NCBI GenBank assembly: GCA_050015075.1
Contig: JBEKCB010000002.1
Span: forward strand, 1 to 64,000
Reading direction: 5' to 3'
Source: Candidatus Brocadiia bacterium
GTDB lineage: Bacteria; Planctomycetota; Brocadiia; CAIUPP01
Length of the DNA stretch: 64,000 nucleotides
This document shows, one piece after another, positions 18,678-30,572 of the stretch. Both the position numbers and the translations under genes were made by a program. The notes under the pieces were generated by a model. That model worked only from the letters and a program-made list of their open reading frames with translations. It did not search any database and had not been told where the DNA came from. Numbering within the stretch: position 1 is the first letter of the stretch; every line of letters begins with the position of its first letter.

Positions 18678-19209
18678 AGTACGCGCGCAGGAAGTCAATG
18701 GCCGCCTTCGGCGTCGGCTCGATGCGGACGATGCCGCCGCGCGTGGGTTCGCTGCTGTTGGGCGCGCTGAGGACGGTCCGGTAGAGCGGCGCCCAGAAAT
18801 CGCCGATGAAGATCAGCGGTTTCGGCGGGATCAGCTTCTTTGCTGTAAACTCCCACGCCATGCCGATTTCCGCCAGCGTCCCGGTGGAGCCCTCGAGCGC
18901 GATGAACGCGTCGCTGCGGTCGAGCATCAGCCGAATGCGCTCCCAGAGATCCTGCGTCATCACCGATTCGCTGACGAACGGATTGACTTGTGAGGAGTAG
19001 ATCGCCACGGGGATGCCGAGAACGCGGCCCCCTCGTTCCCGCGCGCCGCGCGACGTCGCTTCCATCGTGCCGCCGTAGCCGCCGTTGAGCAGCGTCCAGC
19101 CGGCGCCGGCGATCTCGCGGCCGGTTTCCTCGGCGAGATCGTAAAGCCGCTCGCCGCGCGAGACGCGATTCGCGCCGAAAACAGCCACGACTTTTTTCGC
19201 TTTGGCCAT
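18652..19209 (-). CDS. LOG/lysine-decarboxylase-like family protein
   Basis: VAVFG, NGGYGGTMEA, SDAFIALEGSTGTLAEI (PGGxGTxxE-like). Confidence 0.88.
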   Translation of the reverse strand: MAKAKKVVAVFGANRVSRGERLYDLAEETGREIAGAGWTLLNGGYGGTMEATSRGARERGGRVLGIPVAIYSSQVNPFVSESVMTQDLWERIRLMLDRSDAFIALEGSTGTLAEIGMAWEFTAKKLIPPKPLIFIGDFWAPLYRTVLSAPNSSEPTRGGIVRIEPTPKAAIDFLRAYWDIGKVGD

Positions 19210-19210
19210 G

Positions 19211-20404
19211 TTATCCTTTCGCGCCCGACGTTTCGGATTCCGCCGGCGCGGATCGGACCATGAGCGTCGCCGCCACCGCCGGGATCAGGAAGCACGCCGA
19301 GAGCTGGAGCACGCGCTGCACGGAAAGCAGTTCATCGCCGGTGGCAGCTTTCCAGTAATCGCCGAGCCGGCCGAGCGGAAGCATCATCAGTCCGGCGTTG
19401 CCGTAGGCAAAACCCATCACGATCCCCGACGCGGCGCTATCGGCCTCCGGCGCGAGCCTCTGCGCGACGGCGATCTGGATCGGCGTCACCATGTAGAGCA
19501 GGAAGCTGCCGACCCCGAGCAGCGCGTAGAACAGCGCGCCGCCGGTCCGCGGCGCCAGGGCCAGCGCGCCCGCCGCGGCGACCTCGCTCAGCACCACGAC
19601 CCACCGCCCGGTCAGCCGCACGCCGATATAACCGCCGGCCAGGACGCCGGCCGCGCCTACCAGCATCATGAAGGCCAGGCTCTGGCCCACCTCGGCCTTG
19701 CTCTGCCCGCGCAACGTGGCGAGGACCGGCAGCCAGAGGACATACGCCGTGAGCGGGATGAACCGCAGGACCACGTCGAGATGGATCGGCCAGAGCCTGC
19801 GGAAGACCTGTCCGATCTGGCCGGCGCGGGCCTTCACGCGCGGCGGTTCGCTCGCCGGCCGGAGCCGCAGGCACAGCACGCCCGCGAAGATCAGGCCGGG
19901 GACCGCGAGCGCGGCCACCCAGCGGATGTCCGCCGCGGCGGCGCGCGGGACGAGCAGCGGAGCGAGCATGACGCCGATGCTTCCGCCGAACATGTAGAAC
20001 CCGATCGCCGCCACGCGGCTCCTTGCGCCGCTGCGCCCGGAGAGCGCCGCGCCGATCGGGTGAAACAGCCCTACGCCCAGCCCGCAGAGCAGGAGCGCCG
20101 CCGCCAGCGAAGCGAGATTCCAGGCGAACGCGAGCAGCCCGGCGCCGATCACTGCGGCGCAGATGGCGGCGATCATCGCGCGGCGCGCGCCCAGGCGGTC
20201 TTCGACCATCCAGGCCACCGGCTGGAAGTAGCTGCCGCAGCTCGTCAGCACCGCCGCCAGCGCGCCGATGGCGGTCAGCGTCAGCCCGAAGTGCTCGCGG
20301 AAATACGGCACGAGAGGGTAATAAAACGCCCCGTAAAAGTCCCCGAAGAAATGGACCAGCATCAACAGGGTCGTCTCGGCGGCGAGGACACCGTAGAGGC
20401 TCAT
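19211..20404 (-). CDS. MFS transporter (Fsr-like)
   Basis: HFFGDFY, QPVAWMVEDRLG, LFHPIG motifs, many TM helices; ATG overlaps the upstream stop. Confidence 0.85.
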   Translation of the reverse strand: MSLYGVLAAETTLLMLVHFFGDFYGAFYYPLVPYFREHFGLTLTAIGALAAVLTSCGSYFQPVAWMVEDRLGARRAMIAAICAAVIGAGLLAFAWNLASLAAALLLCGLGVGLFHPIGAALSGRSGARSRVAAIGFYMFGGSIGVMLAPLLVPRAAAADIRWVAALAVPGLIFAGVLCLRLRPASEPPRVKARAGQIGQVFRRLWPIHLDVVLRFIPLTAYVLWLPVLATLRGQSKAEVGQSLAFMMLVGAAGVLAGGYIGVRLTGRWVVVLSEVAAAGALALAPRTGGALFYALLGVGSFLLYMVTPIQIAVAQRLAPEADSAASGIVMGFAYGNAGLMMLPLGRLGDYWKAATGDELLSVQRVLQLSACFLIPAVAATLMVRSAPAESETSGAKG

Positions 20405-21003
20405 ATTTCGATGACCTTTGTCCCGCAATGCCTGCAGAGTCCCTTGTCCGGCACTCCGGATAATCCCGCTATGGCGGTTATTTCCCTGCCGCAAGCCAGA
20501 CATTGCAGACCCAGCTTCCTGATGCGTCGCTTCCACGCCTGCCGGAGGAAGAAAAAATAGCCCGCGAAAAAGACGAGGATGCCGATAGCTGCCAAACCCT
20601 GAATCCAACTCTCCGGCTTTGCCCTGTCCAGGTAAAAAGCGAGGCGCGCGCAACCTAACGCCCCTCCGACTAAAAGGAGCGTCGAAACCCAAAATTGCCG
20701 CCGTCCTTCCCGTCTTAAAACCTCGCTCCTCGCAATGAACTCATCCCTCGTCATAACCGGCACACTCTGGGGATGCTCAGGCTGCAGAAACCAGCCCTTG
20801 CGCGCAAAGAGACGGAGCATATTCCAAAGCAACCTGGGAAGCGCCCAGGCTATGACGACTCCAACCGCAAGACTGATCGCGCATCCGATGATTATTTTCA
20901 GCGGGCTGCGCGCCTCCTTGCCCCAACCTATGCTGATTCCAAATCCCGCGCTGGGAATCATGACGTAAAGCAAGAGAAACAATGTGACTCGCTGACGGGT
21001 CAT
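20401..21003 (-). CDS. Hypothetical membrane protein with C-terminal Zn-ribbon
   Basis: About four hydrophobic segments; CLACG...CRHCG; more AT-rich than neighbours. Confidence 0.6.
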   Translation of the reverse strand: MTRQRVTLFLLLYVMIPSAGFGISIGWGKEARSPLKIIIGCAISLAVGVVIAWALPRLLWNMLRLFARKGWFLQPEHPQSVPVMTRDEFIARSEVLRREGRRQFWVSTLLLVGGALGCARLAFYLDRAKPESWIQGLAAIGILVFFAGYFFFLRQAWKRRIRKLGLQCLACGREITAIAGLSGVPDKGLCRHCGTKVIEI

Positions 21004-21087
21004 GGTGAGCCACAACTCGTCTCTCAACGTATTGAGAAAACTGTATTTGAAGTAGGTCGCGTGCGCGTCCACGCTGCCTGTCCCCAG

Positions 21088-21123
21088 AAAAAACACGCCC
21101 GGGAGAATCGCTTCTCCCGGGCG
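21088..21123 (-). terminator. Intrinsic terminator of ppdK
   Basis: 12-bp stem cgcccgggagaa/ttctcccgggcg followed by a T-run on the minus strand. Confidence 0.8.
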
Positions 21124-21148
21124 CACTCTGTTTTCGGCGGAGCCTGGC

Positions 21149-23884
21149 TTACTTCGACTTCTTCTCTTCGAGCGCGGCGTGCGCGGCCGCGAGGCGCGCG
21201 ATCGGCACGCGGAACGGCGAGCAACTGACGTAGTTCATGCCGACGCGATGGCAGAACTTGACCGATTCGTAATCGCCGCCGTGCTCGCCGCAGATGCCCA
21301 CCTTCAGCTTGGCCCGAGTGCTGCGGCCGCGGTCAATGCCCATCCGGATGAGCTGGCCGACGCCTTCCTGGTCGAGCGACTGGAACGGGTCTTCCGGCAG
21401 CAGTTTCTTCTTCAGGTACTCCGGGACGAACGAGCCGATGTCGTCGCGGCTGAAGCCGAACGTCATCTGCGTCAGGTCGTTCGTGCCGAAGCTGAAGAAC
21501 TCCGCCGTCTCGGCCATCTTGTCGGCCGTCAGCGCCGCGCGCGGCAGCTCGATCATCGTGCCGATCAGGTAGTCGAGCTTCTTGAGCTTGTACTTCGCCT
21601 TCACCTCGATGACGACCCGGTCAATGATCTTCTTCTGGTCGTCGAGTTCGGACTTCGCGCAGGTGACCGGGATCATGATCTCCGGCAGGACGTTCTTGAC
21701 CTTCTTGTCGAGCGCCACTTCGGCGGCCGCTTCGAGGATGGCGCGGACCTGGTACTCGGTGACTTCCGGATAGGTGACGCCGAGGCGGACGCCGCGGTGT
21801 CCCATCATCGGGTTGGTCTCGTGCAGGCCTTCGGCGCGCTTCTGGAGTTCCTCCATGGAGATGTTGAGCGCGCGGGCCAACTCCTCCAGGCGGGCGGTGT
21901 CCTTCGGGACGAATTCGTGAAGCGGCGGGTCGAGCGTGCGGATCGTCACCGGATGGCCCTGCATCGCCTCCATCGTGGCCTTCATGTCGGCCTTCATGAA
22001 CGGGTACAGCTCGTCGAGGGCCTTGCGGCGTTCTTCGAGCGTGCTGCTGGCGATCATCTTGCGCAGCAGGAAGAGCGGCCGGTCGGCGCCTTCGCCGTAG
22101 AACATGTGCTCGGTGCGGAACAGGCCGATGCCCTCGGCGCCGAACTCCAGCGCCTTCCGGGCGTCCTGCGGCGTGTCGGCGTTCGTGCGCACGCCGAGCT
22201 TGCGGAAGCTGTCCACCCATTTCATGAACTGGCGGAAGTCCTTGTTGTTCCGGAGGTCCGGGTCCACCAGCGGCAGCTTGCCTTCGTAAACCGTGCCGGA
22301 GGTGCCGTTGAGAGTGATCCACGCGCCTTCCGCGATCTCCTTGCCGCCCGCCTTGAGGACCTTGCGGTCCATGTCCACCGCGATGCCGGAGCAGCCGACG
22401 ATGCAGCATTTGCCCCAGCCGCGCGCGACCAGCGCGGCGTGGCTGGTCATGCCGCCCTTGGCGGTGAGGATCGCCTGCGCGGCGTGCATGCCGTGGACGT
22501 CCTCCGGGCTGGTCTCGGTGCGGACGAGGATGACCTTCTCATGGAGTTCCTTCCCGCGGCGGGCGGCCTCGTCGGCGGTGAAGACCACCATGCCGTGCGC
22601 GCCGCCGGGGCCGGCCGGCAGGCCCTTGGCCAGCGGCTTGCTCTCGCGTTCCGCCTTCGGGTCCACCATCGGCAGCAGGCACTGCACCAGCGCGTCGGCC
22701 TTGACGCGCAGCACCGCCTCTTCCGGCTTGATCAGCTTCTCGAGGCCCATGTCCACCGCGATCTTCACCGCGGCCACGCCGTTACGCTTTCCGACGCGGC
22801 ACTGGAGCATGAACAGGCGGCCTTCCTCGATGGTGAACTCGATGTCGAGCATATCGCGGTAGTGCTTCTCGAGCTTCTGCTGGATCGCGTTGAGCTGCTT
22901 GTAGGCCGCCGGCATCGCCTTCTCCAGGCTGGTCAGCCCCTTCGTGTGAGCGGTCTTACCCGCTTCGTTCACCGGCAGCGGCGTGCGGATGCCGGCCACG
23001 ACGTCTTCGCCCTGCGCGTTCGGGAGCCACTCGCCGTAGAAGATGTTCCGTCCCGTAGCGGGATCGCGCGTGAAGCCCACGCCCGTCGCGGAGGTCTCGC
23101 CGGTGTTGCCGAAGACCATCGTCTGGACGGTGACCGCCGTTCCCCATTCGTCCGGGATCCTCTCGATGCGGCGATACTCCACCGCGCGGCGGCCGTTCCA
23201 GCTCTGGAACACGGCGCTCACGCTGCCCCACAACTGGTCCATCGGCTCGTCCGGGAACGGCTTGCCCAGGACCTTGAGCACGCGCGCTTTGAACTGCGCG
23301 GCGAGTTCCTTCAGGTCGTCGGCGGTCAGCTCGGTATCGAGCTTCACGCCCTTCTTCTCCTTCATCTGGTGCATGATCGCTTCGAGCTGCTTGCGGATGC
23401 CCTGCTCGCCGGCGGGCTCGATGCCGGCGGCCTTCTCCATCACCACGTCGGAGTACATCATGATCAGGCGGCGATAGGCGTCGTAGACGAAGCGCGGGTT
23501 GTTGGTCTTGGCGATCAAGCCGGGGATCGTGCTCGGGGCGAGGCCGACGTTGAGGATCGTCTCCATCATCCCCGGCATCGAGGCGCGCGCGCCGGAGCGC
23601 ACGGAGACCAGCAGCGGGTCCTTCGGGTCGCCGAACTTCTTCTCCATGATCCGTTCGGTCTTCTTCAAGTTGTCCTCGACCTGCTTCTTCAGCTCGGCCG
23701 GGTACTTGCCCTTGTTGCGGTAATAGAGCGTGCAGACCTCGGTGGTGATCGTGAAGCCCGGCGGCACGGGCAGGCCGAGGTTCGCCATCTCGGCGAGGTT
23801 GGCGCCTTTGCCGCCGAGGAGATTCTTCATCTCCGACTTGCCTTCCGCCTTGCCGCCGCCGAAAAAGTAAACGTATTTGGCCAT
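21149..23884 (-). CDS. ppdK: Pyruvate, phosphate dikinase
   Basis: LLGGKGANLAEM, PLLVSVRSGA, GGMTSHAA, SFGTNDLTQ, GICGEHGG, YVSCSPFRVP. Confidence 0.98.
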   Translation of the reverse strand: MAKYVYFFGGGKAEGKSEMKNLLGGKGANLAEMANLGLPVPPGFTITTEVCTLYYRNKGKYPAELKKQVEDNLKKTERIMEKKFGDPKDPLLVSVRSGARASMPGMMETILNVGLAPSTIPGLIAKTNNPRFVYDAYRRLIMMYSDVVMEKAAGIEPAGEQGIRKQLEAIMHQMKEKKGVKLDTELTADDLKELAAQFKARVLKVLGKPFPDEPMDQLWGSVSAVFQSWNGRRAVEYRRIERIPDEWGTAVTVQTMVFGNTGETSATGVGFTRDPATGRNIFYGEWLPNAQGEDVVAGIRTPLPVNEAGKTAHTKGLTSLEKAMPAAYKQLNAIQQKLEKHYRDMLDIEFTIEEGRLFMLQCRVGKRNGVAAVKIAVDMGLEKLIKPEEAVLRVKADALVQCLLPMVDPKAERESKPLAKGLPAGPGGAHGMVVFTADEAARRGKELHEKVILVRTETSPEDVHGMHAAQAILTAKGGMTSHAALVARGWGKCCIVGCSGIAVDMDRKVLKAGGKEIAEGAWITLNGTSGTVYEGKLPLVDPDLRNNKDFRQFMKWVDSFRKLGVRTNADTPQDARKALEFGAEGIGLFRTEHMFYGEGADRPLFLLRKMIASSTLEERRKALDELYPFMKADMKATMEAMQGHPVTIRTLDPPLHEFVPKDTARLEELARALNISMEELQKRAEGLHETNPMMGHRGVRLGVTYPEVTEYQVRAILEAAAEVALDKKVKNVLPEIMIPVTCAKSELDDQKKIIDRVVIEVKAKYKLKKLDYLIGTMIELPRAALTADKMAETAEFFSFGTNDLTQMTFGFSRDDIGSFVPEYLKKKLLPEDPFQSLDQEGVGQLIRMGIDRGRSTRAKLKVGICGEHGGDYESVKFCHRVGMNYVSCSPFRVPIARLAAAHAALEEKKSK

Positions 23885-24140
23885 GGGTTTGTCCTCCGGC
23901 GAATGTTACCGTGCGCCGTACTCGGCGCACTGTTGGTGACCAGGGATTCACAACGAACGCGCAGGCCGGAATCCATCGAGCCTGAGAAAGCGGAAGGATA
24001 GCACATCAAGGCCGGTCATTGCAACCGCCCGGGTTGGATTGGCGGCGGCAGAGGAGAGAGGTACAATCTGCCGAAATTCGACAAAGACAACCGCCTCGAT
24101 GTGGGTCTTAACGGTGAAGGCCTTCATTCACTGGTGACAT

Positions 24141-25304
24141 ATGGAAGAACTGCGTGACTGGGTCCTCCAGGCCCGGCAGGGTGAACTGGAGAGCTACGGG
24201 AAGATCGTCCGGCGCTTTCAGGACATGGCTTACGGGTATGCGTACAGCCTCCTGAGCGACTTCCACCTAGCCGAGGACGCGGCGCAGGAGGCGTTCATCG
24301 AGGCGTTCCGCGACCTGGCCGACCTGCGGACGCCGGAAGCCTTTCCGGGCTGGTTCCGGAAGATCATTTTCAAGCAGTGCGACCGAATTATCCGCAGAAA
24401 ACGGCCGCAAGGTCTGTCTCCCGAGGTGGAAGGACGATTGCCGTCCCGGGAGCCGGAGCCGGGCGATATCGCGGCGAAGAAAGAAATGGCCGAATCAGTC
24501 CTGCGGGCCATTCGGACACTTCCCGAGCCCGAGCGCACCGTCACGACTCTCTTCTATATCAACGGTTACTCGCAAAACGACATCGCCGACTTCCTTGAAG
24601 TGCCGGCCACGACGGTCAACAACCGTCTGCACAGTTCAAGGACGCGGCTGAAGGAAAGGATGATGAACATGGTCACGCATGAACTTCGTAAGAATACCTT
24701 GCCGGAAGACTTCCGTCAAAGGGTACTCACACTGGCGCAAATTGCCGCTGCCGGACTGGGGCGCGTTTTCCTGATCCACTTCAGCAACGGGGTGCGTGTG
24801 CGCGCACGAGTGGACGAAGTGATCCAAGGAGATGTCACGGGGCGAACTCTGGCGTTGGTCTGCGGCCCTACCGATATTTCTCTGCCCAACGAGCCGCAAG
24901 GGCTGCGCCATCTGGAGTCCTACCTGCTGATTCCTGACTCCGTTGTCACCATCTGCGTCGCACCTGAGGCAGAAAAACCTGGCCTGTACGAGCGGATGGG
25001 GGCTTCCGCACAGGCGGGGCCGGAGCCTTCCTACGCGTCCGCCCCTGTATTCCGGGGGCCTCTGGAAGTTCTGCCGGAAGGATTTGGGTTCGTGCGGCTT
25101 GGCAAGCGCCGGCACCCCTACGAGTATCGTAACGAGAAAAGCGAGAAGCACGTCAACCGCGCAGCCCCGAAAGATGTCTTTGTTTCGGCAGATCTAATCC
25201 AGGACCATGGTCTCAAGACGGGCGACAAGGTCGAATGCACAGTTCGGTCTCCTATCGGGAGCGAGCGATTCCGCAGCGCAGCGACCCTCAAGCGGGCTTT
25301 ATAG
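24141..25304 (+). CDS. ECF sigma factor with C-terminal Rho-like RNA-binding (OB) domain
   Basis: Region 2 AEDAAQEAF/AFPGWFRKI; region 4 YSQNDIADFLEVPATTVNNRLH; C-terminal GPLEVLPEGFGFVR...DVFVS..I...GLKTGDKV...RSPIGSERF. Confidence 0.88.
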   Translation: MEELRDWVLQARQGELESYGKIVRRFQDMAYGYAYSLLSDFHLAEDAAQEAFIEAFRDLADLRTPEAFPGWFRKIIFKQCDRIIRRKRPQGLSPEVEGRLPSREPEPGDIAAKKEMAESVLRAIRTLPEPERTVTTLFYINGYSQNDIADFLEVPATTVNNRLHSSRTRLKERMMNMVTHELRKNTLPEDFRQRVLTLAQIAAAGLGRVFLIHFSNGVRVRARVDEVIQGDVTGRTLALVCGPTDISLPNEPQGLRHLESYLLIPDSVVTICVAPEAEKPGLYERMGASAQAGPEPSYASAPVFRGPLEVLPEGFGFVRLGKRRHPYEYRNEKSEKHVNRAAPKDVFVSADLIQDHGLKTGDKVECTVRSPIGSERFRSAATLKRAL

Positions 25305-25414
25305 CTGCGGTCTAACAACACGGCAAGCCCTGGCAGCCTCCGTACGTTCCGAAGTAAATCCGGCATGAGAACCAATCTGCCGTCTTGCGCGACATCGGCC
25401 AAGCCCCACCCGCA

Positions 25415-25524
25415 TCATTTGCCGTCTGGCGCCGAGCCGCCGAACTCGAAGGCGTAGAGCGTGCGGTATTCTCCGCCCTGCGCGATCAGCTCGGCGTGCG
25501 TGCCCTGGCCGACCATGCGGCCGT
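25415..25524 (-). repeat. Diverged direct copy of the last 110 bp of the ABC transporter gene (26327-26436)
   Basis: 11 mismatches in 110 nt by manual alignment; translates GRMVGQGTHAELIAQGGEYRTLYAFEFGGSAPDGK*. Confidence 0.95.
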
Positions 25525-25642
25525 TACTCCTGCAAGACTTCAAGCGCTCGCTTGCGTTGTTGCTCATTTAAGTCCATAAGTTCACTTCCCTCCAAAGTAG
25601 AGAAAGGCACCGAGTACCGGAGAGTTCCGGGAGAAAAACGGG

Positions 25643-25921
25643 TCAGGAGACTTTTTCGGACTTTCTCCGGTCTTCTTCTTTCTGGATATCTTCCCAGGGA
25701 ATGCCTTTCCCCGCGCGCAGGCCCGCCCGTGCTTGGGCGACTCTTTTCAGGAACCGCGGGTCGTGCAACAAGCGATACTCGAACCAATCGTCTTCCGTTT
25801 CAAAACCAATCAGCACCCCTGCAGGCTTCCCGTGTTTCGTGATCACAATGTCTTCGTGAGCCGCCTTGCGAAGGAAACCGGACAGTTGGTCTTTGACCTG
25901 GGCGAGTGATGCGGTCTTCAT
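25643..25921 (-). CDS. Phd/YefM-family antitoxin
   Basis: MKTASLAQVKDQLSGFL...EDIVITKHGKPAGVLI. Confidence 0.92.
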   Translation of the reverse strand: MKTASLAQVKDQLSGFLRKAAHEDIVITKHGKPAGVLIGFETEDDWFEYRLLHDPRFLKRVAQARAGLRAGKGIPWEDIQKEEDRRKSEKVS

Positions 25922-26211
25922 GACGGAACACCTTTCTGGCGAAGCCAATCGAAGGTCCATCTCTTTTCAACGATTCCGATTATCTTCACTTCGTCGGCAA
26001 CTACGTCGTAGAACACGCGAACCTCATCCACGCGGAGCCGGTATTGAGGGTGCTGAAGTTCACGCAGCCGCTTAATCCGGCTCTTGCTTGTTGCCGTCGG
26101 CTGATGTTGAAGGTGGCGGTTAATCGCATCGCGCACAGCCGCCCGAATGCCGGCAGGCAGCCCGTCGTAATCTTCCTTCGCTTCGGCCGAAAATGTTATT
26201 CGGTGCCTCAT
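25918..26211 (-). CDS. RelE/ParE-family toxin (toxin-first order)
   Basis: SKSRIKRLR...QYRLRVDEVRVFYDV; promoter TTGACC-17bp-TATATT at 26249-26221; palindrome TGGCTA/TAGCCA at 26214-26230. Confidence 0.9.
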   Translation of the reverse strand: MRHRITFSAEAKEDYDGLPAGIRAAVRDAINRHLQHQPTATSKSRIKRLRELQHPQYRLRVDEVRVFYDVVADEVKIIGIVEKRWTFDWLRQKGVPS

Positions 26212-26326
26212 TCTGGCTAGAATATAGCCATATTGTGACCGGAGGTCAATGGGCATCGTTCATAAAGCGCCAACGTCACTATCTCCCCCTGTCCGGCCTA
26301 CGGCGGAACTGCCAGGCCCGGCCGCA

Positions 26327-28132
<1,806 letters not shown>

Positions 28133-28215
28133 GCGCGAAAGCCTCCGACGGAAACACGCGAATCCGACTGAAAAACCGACGGCCGCACGTCATTTTCCAA
28201 TTCCACTGCGGAAAG

Positions 28216-29601
28216 TCAAGGCGCCGGGCTGTGCGGGCGCGCCTCGATGGCGCCGGCGATCTGGCGGCAGAGGTCCGTCAGCGTGTCGTCGCGCGCGCCC
28301 ATCACCAGGATGGTGTCGTCCGGGCGAGCCAGTTCGGCCAGCCGCGCGATCAGCGCCGGACGGTCCGCCGCTGCTTCGACCGGCGCTCCCAGGGCCGCGG
28401 CTTCCTCGGCGATCGCCGCTGCGCTGATGTCCATCGCCGCGGTCCCGCCGATGTAATAGATCGGCAGCAGGAACGCGCGGTCGGACTTCGTCAGCGTGCG
28501 CGCCAGCGCCTCGCACAGCTCGCGGTGCATGAAGCGCGCGGGCCCGAACCCGTGCAACTGGAAGACCGCGAACACGCGCTTCGTGCGGGCGCGGCGCACC
28601 GCCTCGACCGCCGCCTCGATCTTGTTCGGGTTGTGCGCGAAGTCGTCGAAAATCCGCACTCCGCGCACGCGGCCGATCAGCTCCATGTGCCGGGCGATCC
28701 CCTCGAACGAGCGCAGCCCCGCATCGAGCTGCCCGTCGCTCAGGCCCAGCTCGCGCAGGGCCGCGATCGAGGCGAGCGCGTTGAAGACGCTGTACGCGCC
28801 GATCTGCCGCAGGCGGAAGCGCGCGGTCCCGACCTGGAAGCTCACGTCGCGCGCGCCGAGGCGGATGTTCCGCGCGCGGATGTCGCCCTCGCGCAGCCCG
28901 AAGGTCACCCGCCGCGGCGCGGGCAGCCCGAACAGGCTCGCGGCCGCCTGCGCGCTCAGCACCAGCGCCTGCCGCGTGTTCCCCGCGAACGCCGAGTAGA
29001 GCTGGTGCAGCTCCGCCGCTTCCTTGTGGTCGCGCGCGAAACCGGTGATGACGCCGATGCTCGGCCGGTAATTCACGCACGTGCCGTCGCTCTCGTCCGC
29101 CTCGATGCAGGCCACCTCGCCGGCGCCGCACGCCGCGTTGCCGAGGTCGGTCTCGGTCTCGAAGTTCCGCATGATGCCGCCGTTGACCACCGTCGGGCGA
29201 TAGCCGGCCGACTGAAGCGTCCAGCCGATCATGCCGGTGATCGTCGTCTTGCCGAAACTCCCGGTGACGGCGATCCCGCGCGGGCACTCGTGGAAGAGTT
29301 CCGCGAGGAGCTGCGACCGGTGCAACGGCGCCAGGCCCAGCGCCTGCGCGCGTTCCAGGTCGCGGTTGTCCGTCTCGATCGCCGTCGAGACGACGAGCCG
29401 GTCCACTCCGGCATGGACGCCGGCGCCGTCCTGCGGAAAGATGCGGATGCCCTGCGCCTCGAGGCGGACCTGCCGGTCGCGCAGTTGTCCCAGGTCGAAG
29501 AACCGGTCCGATCCGCTGACGCTTTCGCCCTTCGCGCGGACCAACTGGGCCAGCGCGCTCATCCCGATCCCGGCGACCCCGACGAAATGATATTGTGACA
29601 C
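28216..29601 (-). CDS. UDP-N-acetylmuramate-alanine ligase-like (MurC/Mpl family)
   Basis: HFVGVAGIGMSALA, VSGSD, TGSFGKTT, EADESDGT, DDFAHNP. Confidence 0.85.
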   Translation of the reverse strand: MSQYHFVGVAGIGMSALAQLVRAKGESVSGSDRFFDLGQLRDRQVRLEAQGIRIFPQDGAGVHAGVDRLVVSTAIETDNRDLERAQALGLAPLHRSQLLAELFHECPRGIAVTGSFGKTTITGMIGWTLQSAGYRPTVVNGGIMRNFETETDLGNAACGAGEVACIEADESDGTCVNYRPSIGVITGFARDHKEAAELHQLYSAFAGNTRQALVLSAQAAASLFGLPAPRRVTFGLREGDIRARNIRLGARDVSFQVGTARFRLRQIGAYSVFNALASIAALRELGLSDGQLDAGLRSFEGIARHMELIGRVRGVRIFDDFAHNPNKIEAAVEAVRRARTKRVFAVFQLHGFGPARFMHRELCEALARTLTKSDRAFLLPIYYIGGTAAMDISAAAIAEEAAALGAPVEAAADRPALIARLAELARPDDTILVMGARDDTLTDLCRQIAGAIEARPHSPAP

Positions 29602-29649
29602 GGCAATCCGCGGTCAGCTTTCGGCGGTCGGCGCCTCAGCCGGCGGCCT

Positions 29650-30504
29650 TCAGGTTTTTTCAGTTCTCGTCGCTCGTACGGAACAACCCTTGTCCTTCAC
29701 GTATTCCTGGACGGAGACGCGCCCGCCGGTCTTGATCCGGGCGGTGCGGCCGAAATCCTCCATGCGCCGGAGCGCGGCCGAATTGAAGACCGGCCCGTCG
29801 CGGCAGACGAGCATCTCTCCGCAGGCGCATTGCCCGCAGAGGCCGAAGCCGCACTTCATGTAGCGTTCGAGGGCCGCCTGGCACTCGACGCCGCGCGCCT
29901 CGCACAGGTCGAAGACCGCGCGCATCATCACCTCCGGCCCGCAGGTGTAGACGACGCTGACGGCGCGGCGGTCGAGTTCGGCCTTGAGCAGTTCGGTCGG
30001 CAGGCCGTGCGTCCCGAGCGAGCCGTCGTCCGTGCAGATGCGCGCATCGGGAAATCGCTTTCGGTAGATAATCTCGTTCGCGCTCATCGCGCCGAAGATC
30101 AGCGGAGCGTCCGGCAGCTTATCCTTCAGCGGCGCCAGGAGCGCGATGCCGCAGCCGCCGGCCACGATCACGCCGCCGGTCTTCAGTTCGAAGCCGTGTC
30201 CGTAAGGCCCGCGCAGGCCGATCTGCTCGCCGGGTTTCATCGCGCTCAGGCGGGTGCTGAACGGCCCGCGCGCGCGGACCAGCATCGCGCTACGCCCCGG
30301 CGCGGTCTCGCTGATCGCGTACGGCTTCTCGTCGAGTTCCGGCACCCAGACCATGATGAACTGGCCCGGCAGAAACGGCATCACATGCTCGATCCACACC
30401 GAGCAGAGCCCGGTCGTCTCCGGCCGCACCTCGACGATGCGCGCCATTCGCGGCTGCTCCACCGCCCGAAGATTTACGTGTGCGTTCCCCACAATTGCTT
30501 TCAC
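29650..30504 (-). CDS. pyrK: Dihydroorotate dehydrogenase electron-transfer subunit
   Basis: PGQFIMV, RGPYGHGF, AGGCGIA, YTCGPE, MKCGFGLCGQCAC..VCRDGPVF. Confidence 0.93.
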   Translation of the reverse strand: MKAIVGNAHVNLRAVEQPRMARIVEVRPETTGLCSVWIEHVMPFLPGQFIMVWVPELDEKPYAISETAPGRSAMLVRARGPFSTRLSAMKPGEQIGLRGPYGHGFELKTGGVIVAGGCGIALLAPLKDKLPDAPLIFGAMSANEIIYRKRFPDARICTDDGSLGTHGLPTELLKAELDRRAVSVVYTCGPEVMMRAVFDLCEARGVECQAALERYMKCGFGLCGQCACGEMLVCRDGPVFNSAALRRMEDFGRTARIKTGGRVSVQEYVKDKGCSVRATRTEKT

Positions 30505-30516
30505 TTCTCCGTTATT

Positions 30517-30558
30517 AAATCAGCATTCGGCAATCCGCCTTCGCCAAGGCTGCGGCGG
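30517..30558. repeat. Short 7-bp array remnant plus REP-like hairpin
   Basis: aatcagc attcggc aatccgc followed by ccgccttcgccaaggctgcggcgg. Confidence 0.5.
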
Positions 30559-30572
30559 AAAAGTCGGCGATC

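Noticed and set aside
25310-25400. GTCTAAC just after the sigma factor stop, resembling an integron attC R'' site
   Set aside because: No matching GTTRRRY end or attC-like stem found; no integrase.
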